Origin: Schizochytrium sp. TIO01
Taxonomy: Eukaryota > Protista > Bigyra: Labyrinthulomycetes
Assembly (NCBI GenBank): GCA_004764695.1
Contig: SMSO01000007.1
Location: 2,363,270-2,427,269, forward strand
Direction of reading: 5' to 3'
DNA: 64,000 bases
A model generated the notes under the pieces. That model was not told the origin of the DNA. It did not search any database and saw only the letters and a program-made list of their open reading frames with translations. Each line of letters begins with the position of its first letter. Positions within the stretch are counted from its first letter, which is position 1. Shown here piece after piece: positions 58,123-64,000 of the stretch. Position numbers and translations under genes: made by a program.

Positions 58123-59891
58123 TCAGCCTTGCTTGCTATGAGAGCTGTGGTTTCTGCCTATGCACATTCAGTAGTTAGTTCTCGCTTATGCTCCCTGGGG
58201 TCTACCTTTCCATTTGGTCCAAAAGGGAAACTAACTTTTTAAATTAGAGCGCCCTTTCACAGTTTCATAGAAGCCTCGAACTCTGCGCTTCCGGTTGATC
58301 GCCGCTGGCAAAGGCTGTATTCTCGCTTGTTGTTCTTGTTGTCATTGATTGCACCCCCATATCACAAAGTCAGAAGTGCCAAAGTGCACGTGGGCTTTGT
58401 CACGGCCGACACTGCCAGCGGCCCTTGCTGCTGCTGCTGTAGAAGCAAGGCTTGACTAGTCCCTCGTGGCTACTCTGGGAATTTCAAGCACGGACTAATT
58501 AATCAGCAGGAGCAGGACTTGCTTCGGTTCTTGCTTCTTTTTGTGAGACTTCAAGTTCGTCGCAGCATCTTTTCCTCCTCGTGTGCTTTACTTATTTTAT
58601 ACAAAATTATATCATACGTGTGTTACTTTGGTGTTTTCATTTTAAAATACCATTACTTTATTCTCAAGACTTGCTCTTTTACTTATTTTATCATTTATTT
58701 TCAAAATTAAAACTTTTGACCCGAAGACTTTGAAAGAAGAAAGCACGAAAGAGAGCCTAAATGAAACTTGAATAATGTCTTCGACATCCTTCTCGCTCAA
58801 CGGTTCTCTCGCTTGCTTTCAAGATCCTGATTCTTTGGCCGGCCATTCGCAAGTTATCAACGAGGCAGCGCCGCGGCGGCCGTAGAGAGGGAGAGAGCCC
58901 GGCCGCAGGAAGGACCTCGTGGCTGTCTCGGGGGGCTTTCTCCGCCCCAAATTGCCGCCTGGAATTCGTTTATCCTGAAAAGATGTGTCAATTTGCGTCA
59001 GGGACTTTTGAGGCGCGGGTCGAAACGCTCGAGCAAAGAACTGGCAACGAGGGCAAAATTACTTCGAACCGAAGCAGCACAGGCGCCCTAAAGGCTGCCT
59101 AGAAACCACGACAGGTGGTCCTCTCCTCAACACGGGATCTCTCTGTAAAGGCGTCAGCTCCTGTGATTGCGCTGTCAATCGAAGAGTTTGCAGAGAGGTC
59201 CGCTTTGAGAGCTTTGAGCAATCCGCATCATTTTCCTTTCTCCTTTTTCCTTTCTTCAACTTTTTCCTTTTCCTTTTACGTTTTTCCTTTCCTTTTTCCT
59301 TTCCTTTTTCTTTTCTCCTTTTTCTTTTCTCCTTTTTCTTTCTCAAGCTCATTCTTAGGCACCTACTACCGTTGGTGGTTTGAGAAAGTGCCATGGTGAA
59401 ATAAGCTCGCCGCAGACTCGGGGTGTGCGGCAGTGGGTCTTTGATTGGCCTGGCCAACAGTAAGCTCGGCGGAAGGCTTCGCTGTCGATCCGCTTGTTTC
59501 CTCTTTCGCTTTCATGAGTACGTAGGTATCTCTCTATCTTTCTCGAGGTTAGATAAACGAATCAAATTAAGTAAAACAAGTGAACAAATGCCGCTTGGCG
59601 CATTACGCATGCAGCAATTTAACTCGCGCGCAGTGTAAAGTGAAGAGGTTCAACGAACGCGGCAATTGCAGCGCAGTGGCGCTTCGAAGAGTGTCGACGT
59701 GAGAGTGGCAGTTTCGAGGATGCAATTTTGTGTTGGGAAATCGACCATTCGTCATTCGACAACCTGAATGAACCTTGAGGATGTGAGCGCTCCAGGGAAT
59801 CAATATAAACTCTTCTCTACAAACGTGCTGCCATGAGACAGATCATCGTCCTTTACAGAGATTGCAAACATTGTCTTTATCTTAGTCCTGT

Positions 59892-59925
59892 CCACCACAT
59901 CATCGATGCCTCGATGATGTGGTGG
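59892..59925. other. Perfect 15-bp inverted repeat with a 4-nt loop
   Basis: CCACCACATCATCGA-tgcc-TCGATGATGTGGTGG. Confidence 0.9.
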
Positions 59926-61287
59926 CTATCGATTGATGGTAATGAAAACTACGAGAATCTGGTGCGTGGCATCCTGGCCTACTAGAGCATTAACGGGTTC
60001 TGCTCCGCGCGATCGGATGAGATCATCGACGTCCTCCACGTATGGGACCTCCAAGTCCCTCTGAGTTCTGCAGCAAGAATGCCTTCCTTCGAGACTGTCT
60101 GTTGGCTAGGCACTTTGGGGACGGCGCGGCGACTCTGATGCGGAGACTCGATCGAGGTCCTCAGCACTCACAGGACAACTTGAAGACTTTGTCGCGGACA
60201 AGACTGCCACGATCACCATAATCACTGCGACGTCGACCGAGACGCAGAGGAGATCTTGGGGGCGGGCGAGCGAAGCCTGCAGCAGTAAAGTCACCGGCGG
60301 ACGTTCACTCGCTCGTTTTGACAAGCAAGAGCTTGCCCGATCAGAATGAGTCCGTTTGCTGCTCGCCAACACCTCTCGGCACAAGCTTTAGCGGGACACA
60401 CGAAGTTGGATTTGCACGTGGGTAAAGCTCAGCGAGAACTGAACGCGGAGGCGCGAAGGCTCCTGGTCGTGATGAAACTGTCGTGGCTTCGCCAGAATAA
60501 GTCAGGCTCGTCAAATCACTGGCGATGTTCTGCAAAGAATCGTCGTCATCAAGATTGAGGTACTTTGTGACCAGACAGGAGGTTCTAGCTAGCCACAACT
60601 AACACACAAAAAGGAGACGAAGAAGAAGAAGAAGAAGAACTCGAGCCAACCAAGAACTTGAGGGAAACAAGTTCTCTCTTTGCTTTGCGCTCGAGACGGC
60701 TCGCGTCATCAGCTTGGGTGATTGGAGCAAGTGATCGCAGCTAGCCTAGCAAGAAACGACCAGACGAACCCGAGGAATAGCACAAACTCTGCGACCTCAT
60801 TCATGGCAGCCCAAATCAACCTTTGTGCCTGTGGGAACAGGCCTTGCGGGCCGCAACTTAGTACACAGGAAACTCAAGCTTCGCTTCGTTGAGAGGCGCG
60901 AGCCAAACGAGCCCGCCCCAGGAGCTGCTGCCTGCAATCAAGCCCAGCGGAGATCGATGCAAGGAGCTCATTGCAGGCATAATGACTTTAGCAACTCTGG
61001 CGAGATACAACAGCTATTCATCAATTGTCTTTCAAACCTCGTTTTGATCTCTTGCGAACCGCATACGCCAGGTCCTGTGTGCTCCGGCCACCCGCAAACG
61101 TAGCACCAAGAAAAAGCAAAATCAAAAGCAAAATCAAAGAAAAAGAATAGGAAAAATAAAATCGCTTCAGCGGCTGCTCGCATATCCACTACTTGCTCGC
61201 GCTTGTCGAGTGATGCATAAATATATATATGCAGGGACCTCTAGAGGTAGTAACTCGATGACATGAATTGTTTAACTCGAAACGTTG

Positions 61288-61719
61288 GTTTGTTTGTTTG
61301 TTTGTTTGTTTGTTTGTTTGTTTGTTTGTTTGTTTGTTTGTTTGTTTGTTTGTTTGTTTGTTTGTTTGTTTGTTTGTTTGTTTGTTTGTTTGTTTGTTTG
61401 TTTGTTTGTTTGTTTGTTTGTTTGTTTGTTTGTTTGTTTGTTTGTTTGTTTGTTTGTTTGTTTGTTTGTTTGTTTGTTTGTTTGTTTGTTTGTTTGTTTG
61501 TTTGTTTGTTTGTTTGTTTGTTTGTTTGTTTGTTTGTTTGTTTGTTTGTTTGTTTGTTTGTTTGTTTGTTTGTTTGTTTGTTTGTTTGTTTGTTTGTTTG
61601 TTTGTTTGTTTGTTTGTTTGTTTGTTTGTTTGTTTGTTTGTTTGTTTGTTTGTTTGTTTGTTTGTTTGTTTGTTTGTTTGTTTGTTTGTTTGTTTGTTTG
61701 TTTGTTTGTTTGTTTGTTT
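61288..61719. repeat. Perfect (GTTT)n microsatellite, 432 bp, about 108 units
   Basis: Seen directly. Confidence 0.98.
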
Positions 61720-63078
61720 TTTCAAGAAGATGATGATGTTTTCTTTTTCCTCATTGCATTTGTTCTTTCCATTTCACTTCATTTCTATTTACCAATTCAT
61801 TCTATTTTCTATTCTCTTTCCTCGAGTCCTTTCAAGTGCAGGCGCACTTGGAAAGAAGGAGAAGACAGCCAAAGTCCTATAGAGTAGGGCCAAACGGGTA
61901 CGTCTGTAGAGAGAGAAGACCTCCAAGCTGATAGGAAGGGCGCCTGCCTGCCTCTCCAGGCTCTGCACGGTTCTTCTCTGGGCCGATGCTCGACTATGCT
62001 CGACCCACTCAGAGTTACTTACGCACGGGCGAGGCCAATGAAGAAGCTGGAGCGAGTTGGTTTCGTTGTCTCCAAACGCCTTTTTGATTTCTGCCAGAGA
62101 GGAGGTTGGTTGCCTCGAGTGGCTTTTGCCGTCTCTTTCTTTGTGTTTCAAGTTGTTCTGTGAAAAATCTTTCTCTTCTTTTCTTTCTTTCCTTCTTTCT
62201 TTCTTTCTTTCTTTCTTCCTCTGTTTCTTTCTCTCTTTATTGGCTCATTCGCTGTTATGTTAGTCTGCGGAGTAGGGACAAATGAGCTCTGAGTTGGAAT
62301 GTTATTCATCGGCGCGGGGACCCACAGAGCAAGTTGGAGCAAGGAATCGATCGATCGACTGCGCCAAAGAGAAGCACGCAACAAAACTAAGCGACGCGAA
62401 GGCGCTCTCCGGGATATTTGCTCTAGCACTAGGGAGTGAATGGTTACCTGGTTACCTGGAGCTAGCTAGCTCTTTTCTGCTTTATCATGCAAGCGCTAAG
62501 TGATTTATATTTGTGTCTTCATCTTTTCTGTTTATTTTTAGCTAAAACTTTTAATTTATTAAAATAACAAAAATCGACTTTAAAGAAAGAAAGAAAGAAA
62601 GAAAGTCTCTATTCTTCAAGTTCAAGTTGAAGTGCTTCTTCAACTTGAAAGGTTGTTTATTATCTGGGTGGGCAAGCGCTTTGAAGAACAGCAGCAGACC
62701 GCCTTTGCCAGAACCTGTAGAGGAACGGACCATTCCTCGCGCCAACAGCACTGACATTGACATTGATTGCCAGCAGCAGTGGCTGCGCAGGGGATTCAGG
62801 AGGACACGTACGACCACCCCTGCCAGGCAGCCAGACCATAACGTCATTGCTGCCGCTGTTGGATGATTCATTGAACGAGCGACTGTGCCCAATTTTATAG
62901 AAGGTACTACCTACTAACTAGCTAGTAGTACAGAGTAGTAGTTCAAATAGAACCCAGGGCATATTTGGGAGTTGATATTGGCGTTTCGCTCCGGCGCCCT
63001 GGCAGAACTGTGACACCCGGGCTTCACCAGGTCCGAAGCTGCTCGCGAGTTGGACAGCTTACACGTGGGTAGATCAAA

Positions 63079-64000
63079 ATGATTAACAACAACAATAATA
63101 ACAATATAACTAGCAGCCACAGGGGTGCAGAACCTAATTCGAGCCTTGACAACTCAGGAATTCCATCTTCACCATCTGCTTCATCATTAACAGCACCAGC
63201 ACCACCTGGATCGACAGAGACGAGCATGGCAGGGTCTAGAAACCCAAGCGTTCATCATTATGACCATGCAAGTTTTTACGAGGTTTACGAAGATAACATC
63301 TCGCTACAGAAGACGCTTCCATCTGCAAAAGCCCTGTACAGCAACAAAAATGCCATGGAAGCGATGAATCCAGGAGATAACTCGTCCGATGATGATAACA
63401 ATGCTGCCAAGCGCTTCGGCACCATGTTTGGCGTCTACTTGCCATGTCTGCAGAACATTCTTGGTGTTATTCTCTTTATTCGTCTGCCCTGGATTGTATC
63501 ACAGGCAGGCACAGTTCTTACAACTGTTATTGTTGCTTTGTGCGTCTTATCCACCTCTCTCACAGCGCTTTCCATGAGTGCACTCGCGACCAATGGCAAG
63601 GTTGGTGCAGGTGGCCCCTATGGTATCTTGTTACAAAACCTTGGCCCAGAAATTGCTGGCAGTATCGGCGTGCTTTTCTATCTTGGCACAACCATTGCTG
63701 GCACCATGTATGCTTTGGGAGGTGTTGAGGCCATGTTCACAAGCTTTGACTTGGCGGACTCTCTCTTTACCTTTGACCGCCAGATCATTGCCATTCTCTG
63801 GACTTTGATGCTTGGCTCCATTGTCTTCGCTGGCATGAAATGGGTTGCTAAGGTTTCTTTGCTTTTCCTTACTATTGTTCTCATGGCAGTCACCTTGATG
63901 ACTCTTGGCGCTTTCTTATTTGCAGGAGGTGCAAAATCTCCTGACGGTGTGGAGCACGCCAGCGCTTTGAACGAGAATATGCGATCAAATTTTACGCTCG
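63079..64000 (+). CDS. Cation-chloride cotransporter (SLC12, KCC-like), 5' part, running off the window
   Basis: Translated by hand; absent from the ORF track because there is no stop. ATG at 63079 follows an in-frame TAG. Motifs FGTMFGVYLPCLQNILGVILFIRLPWIV, TALSMSALATNG, GGPY and LGPEIAGSIGVLFYLG. Confidence 0.93.
   Translation, partial: MINNNNNNNITSSHRGAEPNSSLDNSGIPSSPSASSLTAPAPPGSTETSMAGSRNPSVHHYDHASFYEVYEDNISLQKTLPSAKALYSNKNAMEAMNPGDNSSDDDNNAAKRFGTMFGVYLPCLQNILGVILFIRLPWIVSQAGTVLTTVIVALCVLSTSLTALSMSALATNGKVGAGGPYGILLQNLGPEIAGSIGVLFYLGTTIAGTMYALGGVEAMFTSFDLADSLFTFDRQIIAILWTLMLGSIVFAGMKWVAKVSLLFLTIVLMAVTLMTLGAFLFAGGAKSPDGVEHASALNENMRSNFTL

Noticed and set aside
61189-61887. ORFs of 156-204 aa (FVCL/KQTN repeats); possible telomeric repeat
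   Set aside because: They are translations of (GTTT)n. The tract is internal and not a TTAGGG-type repeat.

Overview
Eukaryotic, intron-poor, microsatellite-rich DNA. The gene set and repeat style suggest a stramenopile, most plausibly a thraustochytrid (Aurantiochytrium/Schizochytrium-like); this is an inference. There are 14 apparently single-exon CDSs, separated by long gene-free tracts (about 4-9, 10-21, 34.6-44.8 and 57-63 kb). They encode SFT2/Got1, a putative multivalent LC8-binding protein, an N-acylated disordered protein, a SANT-MINDY4 deubiquitinase, a domesticated piggyBac/YqaJ chimera, a PKD2-like channel, an aldo-keto reductase (AKR) + sugar-phosphate cyclase fusion, a pseudo-EF-hand protein, an unknown protein, a PhyH-like dioxygenase, a PH-CaaX protein, a WBP4-like protein, a peroxisomal HAD + alpha/beta hydrolase fusion, and the 5' part of a cation-chloride cotransporter missing from the ORF track. 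The standout is 32113-34554 (-). It fuses an intact AKR to a cyclase whose motifs match 2-deoxy-scyllo-inosose synthase (DOIS/BtrC) better than DHQS, EEVS or DDGS, and it has strong codon bias. Hexose-6-P cyclisation followed by ketone reduction gives a quercitol, so this is a candidate single-polypeptide synthase for (-)-proto-quercitol, a known thraustochytrid osmolyte. Stereochemistry points to mannose-6-phosphate as substrate. No rRNA, tRNA or CRISPR array was recognised. Family assignments come from motif recall, not database searches.
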